64,000 nucleotides of DNA. Origin: Phycisphaerae bacterium (GTDB lineage: Bacteria; Planctomycetota; Phycisphaerae; SM23-33). Made by a program: the position numbers and the translations under genes. The notes beneath the pieces are model-generated. The model worked only from the letters and a program-made list of their open reading frames with translations, was not told the origin of the DNA and did no database searches. The stretch lies in the NCBI GenBank assembly GCA_018335035.1, contig JAGXKT010000003.1:14623-78622 (forward strand), read 5' to 3'. Shown piece after piece: positions 10,762 through 20,224 of this stretch (position 1 is the stretch's first letter; every line of letters starts with the position of its first letter).

Positions 10762-11211
10762 CTAGGCGGGGCGAACGCGGAAGATCACCTGCCCGTATTC
10801 CACGGCCTGGGCGTTGTCCACGCAGACCTCGGCGATCGTGCCGGAACACTCGGCCTTGATCTCGTTCATGACCTTCATCGCTTCGATGATGCACACGACC
10901 GTATCGTCGCTGACGGCGTCGCCGACCGAGACGTACGGATCGCTGTCCGGACTGGAGGCGGAGAAGAAGGTCCCGACCATCGGGCTGCGAATCTCCAGCA
11001 GGTTCTCCTCGGGCGCCTCGAAGCCCGCCTCGGGCGCCGAGGGCGCCGCGGGCGCTTCGGCGGCGGGCGGTGCCGATGGGGCCACGGCTATCCGCTCGAT
11101 CTCCGCGCCACGCTTCAGATGGACGCTTTGCTCCCCGTCGGCGATGTTCAGCTCGCGAAGGTCGTTGTCGACCATGAGCTTGACCAGCCGCCTGATCTCT
11201 TTGATGTCCAT
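10762..11211 (-). CDS. accB: Acetyl-CoA carboxylase biotin carboxyl carrier protein
   Basis: C-terminal biotinyl domain with 'IEAMKVMNEI' (biotinylated Lys in the AMKM motif). Directly upstream of accC on the same strand. Confidence 0.9.
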   Translation of the reverse strand: MDIKEIRRLVKLMVDNDLRELNIADGEQSVHLKRGAEIERIAVAPSAPPAAEAPAAPSAPEAGFEAPEENLLEIRSPMVGTFFSASSPDSDPYVSVGDAVSDDTVVCIIEAMKVMNEIKAECSGTIAEVCVDNAQAVEYGQVIFRVRPA

Positions 11212-11245
11212 GGCCTCTCCCGCTAGGCATCCGCCCGCTGCGCCA

Positions 11246-12358
11246 TCACCGAAGCGTCAGCACACCGCGCGTCCGCGGCAGCGAACTGAGCGTTCGCCAC
11301 CCGTCGGGGGTCACCAGCACGTCGTCTTCGATTCGAATCCCGCCGACGCCCGGCAAGTAGATACCCGGCTCGACGGTCACCACCATACCCGCACGCAACC
11401 GCATCTGGCTCGCACGAGACACGCCGGGCGGCTCATGCACCTCCCGCCCGAGGCCGTGACCCAACCCGTGCACGAAGGCATCCGCGAAACCCGCCTCCGC
11501 GATGACGCCCCGGGCGGCCGCGTCGACCGTCCGTGCCTTCACGCGTGGACGGACCGCCGCGATGCCCGCTCGCTGGGCGCGGCGCACAACGTCATACGCG
11601 CGGGCCAGTTTCGGCGGAATTCTACCGATGACCACCACCCGCGTCAAGTCGCTGCAATAGCCCCCCGCCCGCGCGCCCCAGTCGATCAGCACCGCCTGAT
11701 CACGCCGAATCCGGCGGCTGCCGGGACGATAATGCGGCAGCGCCGCCGCGGCGCCGGCGGCCACGATCGTCTCAAATGCCGATCCCGTCGCCCCACCCAG
11801 TCGCATGCGGTAGTCCAGATCGGCCGCCACGTCCCGCTCCGTCCGCCCGACCAGCCCCTCGGCCCCGGCGCTGAGAAGCTCCAGGAAGGCCTGCTGGGCG
11901 ATGCGGATCGTCCGGCGAATGGCGCGGACCTCGCCGGCGTCTTTAACGGCCCGCGACGCCGCTACCGGGTGCGGGATCGCCGCAATCCGCACGCCGCGCA
12001 GCCGTCGGGCCAGCGCGTCACGCTGGAGCAGCGACACGTCTTCGGCTTGAACGCCCAAGCGGCGCAGCCGCCGCTGCCGCGTAACAGTCGCCACGGCCGC
12101 CGACAGCGGCTCCGTGCGGACGTACCGCTCCAGATCGCCGCACTCGTCGGCGGCCTGTCGGGCATAGCGCCCGTCCGTAATCAACACACCCGCATCAGCG
12201 CAAAGCAGCAGAAAGCTGTCGCTGCCGGAGAAACCGCTGAGATAGCCGACGTCAGCCGCATTTGAGATCAGCAGCCCGTTTACGGGCTGCTGGCGGCACG
12301 CCTCGCGCAGGGCGGCGCGGCGACGCGCCGCGTACGGGTTGTGTCGCTTGCGAGCCAT
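11246..12358 (-). CDS. Xaa-Pro aminopeptidase / M24 family metallopeptidase
   Basis: C-terminal 'HGLGHGLGREVHEPPGV...VEPGIY...IRIEDDV' is the M24 pita-bread catalytic core. I trimmed the 707-aa track ORF to the ATG at 12358 (MARKRHNPY...). The upstream extension overlaps a genuine + strand lipoprotein gene and is Arg/His-rich junk. Confidence 0.8.
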   Translation of the reverse strand: MARKRHNPYAARRRAALREACRQQPVNGLLISNAADVGYLSGFSGSDSFLLLCADAGVLITDGRYARQAADECGDLERYVRTEPLSAAVATVTRQRRLRRLGVQAEDVSLLQRDALARRLRGVRIAAIPHPVAASRAVKDAGEVRAIRRTIRIAQQAFLELLSAGAEGLVGRTERDVAADLDYRMRLGGATGSAFETIVAAGAAAALPHYRPGSRRIRRDQAVLIDWGARAGGYCSDLTRVVVIGRIPPKLARAYDVVRRAQRAGIAAVRPRVKARTVDAAARGVIAEAGFADAFVHGLGHGLGREVHEPPGVSRASQMRLRAGMVVTVEPGIYLPGVGGIRIEDDVLVTPDGWRTLSSLPRTRGVLTLR

Positions 12359-12420
12359 GCGATCCAAGGACGCCGATTCTACGGAACGCCCCCGACGCCG
12401 GCCAGATGTTTGCGCCGGAA

Positions 12421-12450
12421 TTGACACCCCTACCGCGGCGCTCATAGCAT
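12421..12450 (+). promoter_or_regulatory. Candidate sigma70-type promoter (TTGACA, 18-nt spacer, TAGCAT) for the downstream lipoprotein gene
   Basis: Perfect -35 TTGACA at 12421-12426. Best -10 is TAGCAT at 12445-12450 with an 18-nt spacer. A short hairpin CCTTGC-N6-GCAAGG follows. Confidence 0.3.
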
Positions 12451-12508
12451 AATGCCATCGATGCGGCTCCTTGCCGCCTAGCAAGGGCACAACGTGGTCC
12501 GACGAAGC

Positions 12509-13360
12509 ATGGTGATTCTGGGCGTGTTGGCGACGGGGCTGACCGGCTGCCCGCCGGAGGAGCCGCCCGCGCCGGCCGAGACGTGGGAAGCCATCGCGCC
12601 CGAGACGCCGCGGCCCTCCCCGTCCGAAGCCGACGGCGACGTAGACTACGCGTACATGGTGCGGATGCGGATGGTGACGATCTCGGTACCGCTCGGGGCC
12701 GCCAGCGGCTCCGAGCACCTGTGGAGCTACCTGCACAGCGAATCCATCGAGGCGGCGCGAACGGGCAGTTTGGGACGCAACGGGCTGCGCGTGGGCTTGG
12801 TCTCGCGGGAGAACTGGCCGGACGTGGCGGCCGTTCTGGACGAGCTGACGGGTACGGCCCGCAAAACGACGGTGATGACGTGCCTGCCCGGCCAGGCCGT
12901 CTCCGTCGCGCTGAAGCGGGACCAGCCGATGCAGACGGTATTCGTCTTCGAGAAGGACCGCACGCTGTCGGGGCAGGACTACCCCCCAGGGGACAACCTG
13001 CTGAGCTTCTTCTGCTCCATGAACATGAATGACCCCTCTGAGGTGACGTTGACGGCGATGCCACAGATTCGCACAACCAACCGCAAGCCGGAAATCGTCA
13101 AGCGGGGCGACATGGCCAGGATCGTCTCTCGGGCGACGTATTTCGATTTCGAGGCGGCGGCGTTTCGCGCGGCGCTGGCCAGTCGCGACGTGCTGATCGT
13201 CGGGCCCGGACAGGCCTCGCGCCGCAGCAGCAGTCTGGCACACCGCTTCCTCTTGCGTCAGTCCGACGGCGTGACGTACGAAACCATCTTGGTCGTGATT
13301 CCCCGCATTTTCGCCGTGCCGCGCGACCGTCGCGGCAGCGTACCCGCCCCACAAGGATAA
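12509..13360 (+). CDS. Hypothetical lipoprotein
   Basis: N-terminus 'MVILGVLATGLTGC' is a lipobox (LTG|C). Amino-acid composition is diverse (F, Y, K, N, M), unlike the overlapping antisense ORFs. Confidence 0.55.
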   Translation: MVILGVLATGLTGCPPEEPPAPAETWEAIAPETPRPSPSEADGDVDYAYMVRMRMVTISVPLGAASGSEHLWSYLHSESIEAARTGSLGRNGLRVGLVSRENWPDVAAVLDELTGTARKTTVMTCLPGQAVSVALKRDQPMQTVFVFEKDRTLSGQDYPPGDNLLSFFCSMNMNDPSEVTLTAMPQIRTTNRKPEIVKRGDMARIVSRATYFDFEAAAFRAALASRDVLIVGPGQASRRSSSLAHRFLLRQSDGVTYETILVVIPRIFAVPRDRRGSVPAPQG

Positions 13361-13367
13361 AGCCATC

Positions 13368-14450
13368 ATGCCGGCTGAGGACGATTTCTATCGCGTACTG
13401 TGCGAACACGCCGCCGTGGCGTTGGTCGCCACAGACGAGGCGTTCCGCATCGTCGCCTGGAACGCCGCCGCGACCGACCTGCTCGGACGCAGCGCCGAGG
13501 ACATGATCGGCCGGGACGTGACCGACGCCGTCCCGGACAAGCGCCGCAAGACACTCCACCGCCTGCTGGAACGGACCGCCGAGCGCCGGCAGACGAGTTG
13601 GTTCAGCATCCGCCTGCCCGACGCCAACGGACAGACGCGCGACCTGATGGTCATCCTGTCGCCGATTCCAGCCGATGATGGCGCCAGTCGCGGCGTGGCG
13701 GCGTGGATCGTCGACGAGACGCAGCGCAAGCAATTGTCCGACCGCCTGGCCGAAGCCGAAAAGATGGCCTCGCTGGGCACGCTGGCCAGCGGGGTGGCGC
13801 ATCACTTCAACAACATTCTCGGCGGCGTGGCGACATACGTGGACTTCGCCCTCAGCAGCGGCGACGCGACCGCCATGAAACGCGCCCTGCAGATGACGTC
13901 CGAGGCCGCCGGACGCGCCAGCCGCATTACCCAGCAACTGCTGACCTTCGCCAAGCAGGACACCCACCGGACCGACCTGGCCGACCTGACCGAAGTCGTG
14001 CTGACCTTCGTCCACCTGGTCGAACACCCGCTGGCCGACAAGGGCGTCGAGTTGCAGCTCGATATCCGCCCGGCGCGGATCGTCGCGGTCGAGGCCAACC
14101 GCATGCACCAGGTCCTCGGCAACCTGCTGACCAACGCCGAGGAAGCCATGCCCGACGGTGGCACGCTGACCCTCGGCGTCCGACCGGCCGGTAAAGAGGT
14201 CGAATTGACGTTCGCCGACAGCGGCACGGGCATCCCCCCGGATCAGCTCGCGATGGTCTTCGAGCCGTTCTTCACCACCAAGGGGCTCCACTCCGGCGGC
14301 GAGAAGGCCAACCCGGGCCTGGGGCTGTCCGTCGCCCACGGGCTGGTCACCGAAATGGGCGGGCGCATCGCCGTCGATTCAACCCCCGGCCAGGGCACGA
14401 CGTTCACCCTCGCGTTCCCGATCGAAAACGACGAGGACGAGGACACGTAA
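13368..14450 (+). CDS. Cytoplasmic PAS-domain sensor histidine kinase (HisKA + HATPase_c)
   Basis: PAS region, H-box 'LASGVAHHFNNILGGV', and N/G1/G2 boxes (LLTNAEEAM, DSGTGIP, GLGLSV). No TM segments and no adjacent response regulator. Confidence 0.85.
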   Translation: MPAEDDFYRVLCEHAAVALVATDEAFRIVAWNAAATDLLGRSAEDMIGRDVTDAVPDKRRKTLHRLLERTAERRQTSWFSIRLPDANGQTRDLMVILSPIPADDGASRGVAAWIVDETQRKQLSDRLAEAEKMASLGTLASGVAHHFNNILGGVATYVDFALSSGDATAMKRALQMTSEAAGRASRITQQLLTFAKQDTHRTDLADLTEVVLTFVHLVEHPLADKGVELQLDIRPARIVAVEANRMHQVLGNLLTNAEEAMPDGGTLTLGVRPAGKEVELTFADSGTGIPPDQLAMVFEPFFTTKGLHSGGEKANPGLGLSVAHGLVTEMGGRIAVDSTPGQGTTFTLAFPIENDEDEDT

Positions 14451-14609
14451 CACCGGCACGAGATGGCAAGCACGCCGACGAGCTCGTACGAAGCGTATGA
14501 CCGTACGGGCCCGCCCCGCTCGTCCAGGCGCCATGGATTGCACACCCGAAGCCCCGGGGCACTCTTCCCGGGACGTGTGCGTTTCGCGCGTACGGCGCCT
14601 TCGCTGCCC

Positions 14610-15356
14610 CTATGACGCGTCGTAGTCGCTCAGCGGGCGGTACCAGATGTTGCGGTAGCGGACGAGGTCGCCGTGGTCCTGGAGGCGCAGCGGTCCGGCG
14701 GCCGGGTGGGGCGCGTAGTGCGTGGTGACCTTGTGCTTGGTCGGGCCCAGCAGGGCCTTGTCGTGGTGGAGCAGCACGCCGTTGTGCAGCAGCGTCACGC
14801 GGGCCGGGCGGAGGAGCGTGTCGCCCTCGAACCGCGGCGCTGTCCAGATGATGTCGTACGTCTGCCACTGCCCCGGCGGGCGGCAGGCGTTGACCAGCGG
14901 CGGACACTGCCCGTACAGCCCGCCGGTCAGCCCGTCGGCGTAGGTGGGGTTCTCGTAGCAGTCGAGCACCTGAATTTCGTAACGGCCCATCAGAAACACG
15001 CCGCTGTTGCCCCGTCCCTGGCTGTCGCCCGCGACCTCGCCCGGGGCGGCCCACTCCAGGTGAATCTGACAGTCGCCAAGCTGGGCCTTGGTCCGGATGT
15101 CGCCGGATTCGGGGACGACCTCCATGTAGCCGTCTTCGACCTTCCACCCGGGCGCGCCGCCGCCGTCGTGCTTCTCCCAGCCGGACAGGTCCGTCCCGTC
15201 GAACAGCACGACGGCATCGGAGGGCGCGGCGCCGGGCGCCTCCTGCGTCGAGGCGGTCGGCGGCGTCACCACCCGCGGCTGCGGGCGGGCGTCGTCGTGG
15301 ACGCGCCACTTCGAGCCCGAAATATAGCACGTCTCGTCGTAACCCAATGTCGCCAT
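14610..15356 (-). CDS. DUF1080 domain protein (3-keto-disaccharide hydrolase-like, concanavalin-like fold)
   Basis: Characteristic DUF1080 pattern: 'LFDGTDLSGWE...GDIRTKAQLGDCQIHLEW...GNSGVFLMGRYEIQVLD...HHDKALLGPT...LQDHGDLVRYRNIWYRPL'. Confidence 0.8.
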   Translation of the reverse strand: MATLGYDETCYISGSKWRVHDDARPQPRVVTPPTASTQEAPGAAPSDAVVLFDGTDLSGWEKHDGGGAPGWKVEDGYMEVVPESGDIRTKAQLGDCQIHLEWAAPGEVAGDSQGRGNSGVFLMGRYEIQVLDCYENPTYADGLTGGLYGQCPPLVNACRPPGQWQTYDIIWTAPRFEGDTLLRPARVTLLHNGVLLHHDKALLGPTKHKVTTHYAPHPAAGPLRLQDHGDLVRYRNIWYRPLSDYDAS

Positions 15357-15387
15357 GTCTGTCTCTCCGTAGCGTTGCTCATCCGCC

Positions 15388-16407
15388 TCACGTGCGGACG
15401 GGGACGCGGCGTCCCTTGCGTGAACTCTCCATCGCGGCGAAGACCATCGCCAGCGACTTGATGTTGTCGTGACATTCCGTCTGCGGGCGCTCGCCCGTCC
15501 GCAGGTACCGCAGCATCTCGCGCAGCGCGCCGCGCATGGCCTGGTGCTTCAGCCGCGCCGGCGGGAGCTTCACGGGCTCCAGCGTCGGCTTTTTGCCCCG
15601 GCCGGTCCTGCGCGTTACGCGCTTGCCCCGCGGCTCGCGGTCGCGCTCGTAGACCAGCGTGCCGCGGTCGCCGATCAGCCGCCAGTCGCCGTGCCAGCTC
15701 GTCGGCCAGCCCTCGGCGCACCAGCTTCCGCGATACGTGAAGACGACGCCGTCGGTCATTTCGAAGATGCAACTCGCGGCCACGTCGCCGTCATACCACG
15801 AGCCGTGCGGGTTGAACTCGTGGGCATACACCGCCACGGGATCGGTTCCGGTCAGCATGCGCGCCAAGTCGAAATGGTGGATCGCCATGTCCAAAATCAG
15901 CGGGCTGTCCATCGTGACGCGAAAGCACGAACTGTGCCGGGCCATGTAGAAATCGCAATTCGCCGTCGTCAGCGTGCCCAGCCGCCGCCCGGCGATCGCC
16001 CGCGCCAGCCGCTCGTGGGTCGCCGCCCACCGCCGCGACTGGCTGACCATGTAGCACTTGCCGGTGCGCTCGGCCGCGCGGACCATCCGCCGCGCCTCGG
16101 CCATGCTGGCGGCCATGGGCTTCTCGCCCAGGACGTGACACCCGCCCCGCAGCGCCCGGCATGTCACGTTACAATGAGCGTCCGGGACGGTCAGATCGAC
16201 CACGAAGTCGGGACGGACCGCCCGTAGCGTGGCGTTCAGATCGTCCGACGGCTTGCACGCGAGCTTATGCCGGGCGATCTGCCCGGCCGCCCGGCTTGCG
16301 TCCAGGTCGACGACGCCGGCGACCTCGACCTTCTCGTCGGCCAATGGGTCGAACCACGCGTTCGAGATGCTCCCGGCCCCGACGACAACAGCTTTGCGAT
16401 TGGCCAC
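15388..16407 (-). CDS. Gfo/Idh/MocA family NAD(P)-dependent oxidoreductase
   Basis: Rossmann N-terminus 'KAVVVGAGSISNAW' and the C-terminal dimerisation domain typical of Gfo/Idh/MocA. I place the start at GTG 16407, which sits 8 nt downstream of a GGAGG RBS. The track ORF extends to 16464. Confidence 0.75.
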   Translation of the reverse strand: MANRKAVVVGAGSISNAWFDPLADEKVEVAGVVDLDASRAAGQIARHKLACKPSDDLNATLRAVRPDFVVDLTVPDAHCNVTCRALRGGCHVLGEKPMAASMAEARRMVRAAERTGKCYMVSQSRRWAATHERLARAIAGRRLGTLTTANCDFYMARHSSCFRVTMDSPLILDMAIHHFDLARMLTGTDPVAVYAHEFNPHGSWYDGDVAASCIFEMTDGVVFTYRGSWCAEGWPTSWHGDWRLIGDRGTLVYERDREPRGKRVTRRTGRGKKPTLEPVKLPPARLKHQAMRGALREMLRYLRTGERPQTECHDNIKSLAMVFAAMESSRKGRRVPVRT

Positions 16408-16520
16408 AGATACAACCTCCACACCGCCCCGCGGCGCGCGTATGGGAGCCACCTTAGGCGGCACGGACGCGGATGCAAGCTCGGGCGGGCCTTTTTGCGA
16501 GAAATATCCCCGCCACGTGC

Positions 16521-17258
16521 CTATTGGTCGAACTCATCCCCGCGGAACGTCTGCCCGAGGTAGGTCTTGCGAACGAGGTCGTCGTTGATCAGGTCGCGGG
16601 GATGACCTTCGCGCAGGACCTTGCCGTTGTCCATGATGTAGGAGCGGTCGGTGACGGTCAGCGTCTCGCGGACGTTGTGATCGGTCAGCAGGATGCTGAT
16701 GCCCCGGCCCTTGAGCCCGCTGATTTCCCGCTGGAGATCCTGCACGGCGATGGGATCGACGCCGGAAAACGGCTCGTCCAGCAGGATCATGGTGGGGTTC
16801 GTCACCAGGGCCCGGGCGATTTCGAGCTTGCGCCGCTCGCCGCCGGACAGCGTCCTGGCCGCGTGGTCCGACACGTGTCCCAGGCCGAACTGGTCCAGCA
16901 GGTGCTCGCAGCGTCGCCGCCGGTCCGTGCGCGACAGGTTCATCGTCTCCAGGATCGCCAGCAGGTTCTGCCGCACGGTCAGGCGCTGGAAGATACTGGG
17001 CTCCTGCGAGAGATAGCCCATCCCGCGGCGGGCCCGCCGATGCATGGGCATGCGGCTGACGTCGACACCGTCAAAGCTGACGTGCCCCTCGTCCGGCGTA
17101 ATCATGCCGATGGTCATGCGGAAGGTCGTGGTCTTGCCCGCCCCGTTACGCCCGAGCAGCCCGACGATCTCGCCCTGACCGACTTCGATCGACACGTGGT
17201 TGACCACGGCCCGCCCGCTGTATCGCTTCACGAGATTCTCGGCGTTTAACAGGATCAT
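16521..17258 (-). CDS. lptB: LPS export ABC transporter ATP-binding protein
   Basis: Near-collinear with E. coli LptB: 'GLLGRNGAGKTTTF', 'RRGMGYLSQEPSIF', 'LSGGERRKLEIARAL', 'ILLDEPFSGVDP', 'ITDHNVRETL'. Start taken at 'MILLNAENL' (ATG 17258). The track ORF extends 46 codons further, so the start is uncertain. Confidence 0.85.
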   Translation of the reverse strand: MILLNAENLVKRYSGRAVVNHVSIEVGQGEIVGLLGRNGAGKTTTFRMTIGMITPDEGHVSFDGVDVSRMPMHRRARRGMGYLSQEPSIFQRLTVRQNLLAILETMNLSRTDRRRRCEHLLDQFGLGHVSDHAARTLSGGERRKLEIARALVTNPTMILLDEPFSGVDPIAVQDLQREISGLKGRGISILLTDHNVRETLTVTDRSYIMDNGKVLREGHPRDLINDDLVRKTYLGQTFRGDEFDQ

Positions 17259-17600
17259 GGACAGCCATCCGGGGCCGGGCCCCTGCTTGTGCATAACGTG
17301 TGGATAATCAATACTCCTGCTGCCGCGTTCCTGCCGTCGCGCATAAGGCATCGAAGGCCTCGCGACCGCGCCCGGACCGGGCGCCAACGCCGCCATCGAC
17401 GGTAACCGCTGGAATTACGGCTCTTTATGCGAATTTACCACCAAAAGGCACGTCGCGGGCGGACCAACGCCGTGCTGGTCCGGCCTTTGCATGGCCATGC
17501 CCGCCTGCGTCCGCCATCGCGACGGTGCCTGTGAATAACTCCTGACAAAGGCCTCGTCGTCGCCAGCGAAACGCACCGGGCATCCGCCGGGCCTCGGGGC

Positions 17601-19484
17601 TCAGCGGACAAGACGCATCTTACCGACGTTCGGGATCACGGGCAATCCGGGCAGCCCGGGGATTCTGTACCCAGACGGCCAGTAGACGAACATCGCCCGC
17701 CCGATGAGGTTGTATCGTGGCACGGTTCCCAGCGTGTAAATCGGCTCGGCACCCGCCTCATAGCGCGGCAGGAAGTGTCCGCTCTTCCGCCACAGCTTGA
17801 GCGTCGGCGCCGCGGCCGTCCAAGCGCGGCTGTCCAAGCTTTGCGGGCTGTTGTCGCCCAGCATGTAAAATTCGTCCAGCTCGTCATTCGAGCGGTCGTG
17901 CAGGTAGATCGGGTTGCCTCTGACCCCCCAGCCCACCTGTCCGTTCGCCTCCAGGTACCCGTGCGCCTCCAACTGGCGTTTGTAGCGCATCAGAACGGCG
18001 GCGTCGCCCTTACTGGGCTGACTTTGATTCTGCACGGTGTAATACACGTCGCGATACAGCCGCACGTGCGTCAGCGAGCAGGCCCCGCCCGACGCCGTCA
18101 TTGACACGCGCGGGGTCGGCACCCATTTTCGGCAAATGCTGTCGACCAGGCGTGTCGGCGCGTTGCTGAGGTCTTTCTCCATCCGCGCAAGATGCCCTTT
18201 GACCATCGCCGGCAACGGCGTCGTGTACTGCCGCTCGTCCGTCCGGATCACGGGCCGGCCCTCGAACCACACCGTCACCTCGTAATCGACGTGGCTCAGG
18301 GCCACCTCGTAACCCCGTCCCGGCTTGAGCGGCTCGATCGTACACGTCGCGATCGGCTGCCACATGCTGTCCGGCAGTTCCGGCCCGACGCGCCGCCGCA
18401 GGGCGATCCGCCGCTTGGCAACGTCGATCTCGGCCTCGAAGACCTGCTCCCGCACGGCGGAGGCCTGCTCAAATCGCTGCCGCTGCTCGGCGGTTTGCGG
18501 CACGTACATGCCGCTCAGCGCCAGCGCCAGCCGAGACGCCGAATCGCGCGGGCGGAACGTCAGCGACAATCGCAAATCGTGACAGACTTCCGCCCGGCGG
18601 GCGGAGGCCTTGTCGCGTTCGGCGTCGGGCGCGTTGTACCCGTATCGCACGCCGAAGACGCGCCGGTCGGCCTGAAGGAAGACACGACCCGCCCCGCCGC
18701 CGCGAAACTCGAACCGGCGGCCGTTCTCCGCGGTGAGGTCCCAGGTGTCATCGCCCTCCCAGCGCGGCGGACGCAGGGACGACTCTGGACCGTGCCGGCG
18801 GTTGTATCGCTCGATCAACTCCGCGTCCGGGCGGTAATCGTTGTCATAGACGACGTGCCACAAGGCGTCGCGGATTTCCGGGCGGACCTTGCGGCGAATG
18901 TGCCACGGGCTCTCATCCGCGGCGCGGGGATGGGCGAAATCCCTGCGGTCGACTGTTCCGTCGCCGTTGTAGTCCGCCCCTTTGCGAACGAACACGTCCC
19001 CGTGGACAATCTCGATCGCCTCGCCCGGAAGCCCGACCAGCCGCTTGATGTAGTTCTCCTGGTTGTTCTGCGGATTGCGAAACACGACGACATCGAACGG
19101 TCGGGGAGACCGGAACGCATAGGGATACTTGAGGACCAGCACGCGATCGCCCCCGTTGAGATACCGCAGCCGCGACGGATCGGCGTCGAAGGGATACCCG
19201 TCGTTCGGGCAGCGAGCGCCGACCGGCAGGACGCGGCGCTTGCGGCTCGGCATGCCGTGCTCTCGCCGGTCCAAGCCGTAACGGTAGTCCCAGCCGCAAC
19301 TGGGGCAACGCAGATCCCAGTGCTCGCCGACCAGCCGCGGCGCCATCGATCCGGTGGGAATCACGAACGCCTCGAACATGAACGCTCGCAGCACGAAAGC
19401 CAGGATGATGGCCACCCAGATGCTCTCGATGGTGTCCCGGATGGCGCTCATCTCGCGCACGGTCTTGTCGGATTTCCAGGCCAT
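17601..19484 (-). CDS. lepB: Signal peptidase I, long form (~628 aa) with a large C-terminal extension
   Basis: N-terminal TM helix, then the S26 catalytic Ser motif 'IPTGSMAP'. 'GDRVLVLKY' and 'RPFDVVVFRNP' boxes follow. Start placed at ATG 19484 (MAWKSDK...). The upstream part of the track ORF is Arg-rich and lacks homology. Confidence 0.8.
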   Translation of the reverse strand: MAWKSDKTVREMSAIRDTIESIWVAIILAFVLRAFMFEAFVIPTGSMAPRLVGEHWDLRCPSCGWDYRYGLDRREHGMPSRKRRVLPVGARCPNDGYPFDADPSRLRYLNGGDRVLVLKYPYAFRSPRPFDVVVFRNPQNNQENYIKRLVGLPGEAIEIVHGDVFVRKGADYNGDGTVDRRDFAHPRAADESPWHIRRKVRPEIRDALWHVVYDNDYRPDAELIERYNRRHGPESSLRPPRWEGDDTWDLTAENGRRFEFRGGGAGRVFLQADRRVFGVRYGYNAPDAERDKASARRAEVCHDLRLSLTFRPRDSASRLALALSGMYVPQTAEQRQRFEQASAVREQVFEAEIDVAKRRIALRRRVGPELPDSMWQPIATCTIEPLKPGRGYEVALSHVDYEVTVWFEGRPVIRTDERQYTTPLPAMVKGHLARMEKDLSNAPTRLVDSICRKWVPTPRVSMTASGGACSLTHVRLYRDVYYTVQNQSQPSKGDAAVLMRYKRQLEAHGYLEANGQVGWGVRGNPIYLHDRSNDELDEFYMLGDNSPQSLDSRAWTAAAPTLKLWRKSGHFLPRYEAGAEPIYTLGTVPRYNLIGRAMFVYWPSGYRIPGLPGLPVIPNVGKMRLVR

Positions 19485-19619
19485 GACGCCCCATACACTA
19501 CCGCCGCGCCGCGCCGTTGGCAATTCACAAGCGCGCTCGATGGTCACAAGCCGCCACTTGACCGGCGTTGAGGCGCCGGGTAGGGTCGCCGACCACCGCC
19601 GCCACGAGGGAGAAACGCG

Positions 19620-20198
19620 ATGAAAGCCGTTGTGATTCTCGGAAGCCGCAATCCGGACGGGCAGACCGCCACGGCGGCCGGCGCGCTGGCCGAGGGCCTG
19701 CGCAGCCAAGGCGCGGACGTGGCGGCGTTCTATCTGCCACAGATGCATATCGAATCGTGCCGCCAGTGCGACAGCGCCGGCTGGGGCGTCTGCCGCCAGG
19801 AAGGACGCTGCGTCATCGAGGACGACCTGGACGGTCTTGTGGATGCGGTGGCGGCCGCGGACGTAGCGGCCTTCGCCACGCCGGTCTACTTCGCCGACCT
19901 GAGCGAATCGATGAAGGCGTTCACCGACCGTCTACGCCGCTGCTGCGTCCATAAGGCCGGAAAGGCCAAGCTCGCCGGCACGCGGGCCGTCGGCGTCTGC
20001 GTCGCCGGCGGCAGCGGCGGCGGGGCGCCCAACTGCTGCGCCCGGCTGCACAGCGTGCTCGAGCTCTGCGGGTTGGACGTGGTGGACATGATCCCCGTCC
20101 GGCGGCAGAACCTCACGCTCAAGTGCCGCCTGCTGACACAAACGGGTGCGTGGCTCGTCGCGCACGCGCGGGGCGAACAAGCCGATCCGCCCGCCTAG
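19620..20198 (+). CDS. Flavodoxin-like NAD(P)H-dependent FMN reductase / iron-sulfur flavoprotein-like protein
   Basis: 'MKAVVILGSRNPDGQT...' flavodoxin-fold N-terminus. A compact Cys cluster CRQCDSAGWGVCRQEGRC (C-x2-C-x7-C-x5-C) resembles Isf-type iron-sulfur flavoproteins. Confidence 0.6.
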   Translation: MKAVVILGSRNPDGQTATAAGALAEGLRSQGADVAAFYLPQMHIESCRQCDSAGWGVCRQEGRCVIEDDLDGLVDAVAAADVAAFATPVYFADLSESMKAFTDRLRRCCVHKAGKAKLAGTRAVGVCVAGGSGGGAPNCCARLHSVLELCGLDVVDMIPVRRQNLTLKCRLLTQTGAWLVAHARGEQADPPA

Positions 20199-20224
20199 CC
20201 GCAAACGGGCTGCCGGCGGACGCG

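Noticed and set aside
9466-11226. 586-aa + strand ORF antisense to accC/accB (also 10325..11230 - and 10814..12265 +)
   Set aside because: The accC and accB identifications on the - strand are unambiguous. The antisense ORFs are Arg/Asp/Gly-rich and span two genes.
12359-13369. N-terminal 337 codons of the 707-aa - strand ORF containing the M24 peptidase
   Set aside because: This part is antisense to a convincing + strand lipoprotein gene with a lipobox, and is His/Arg/Gly-rich without homology. The peptidase has a family-typical start at ATG 12358.
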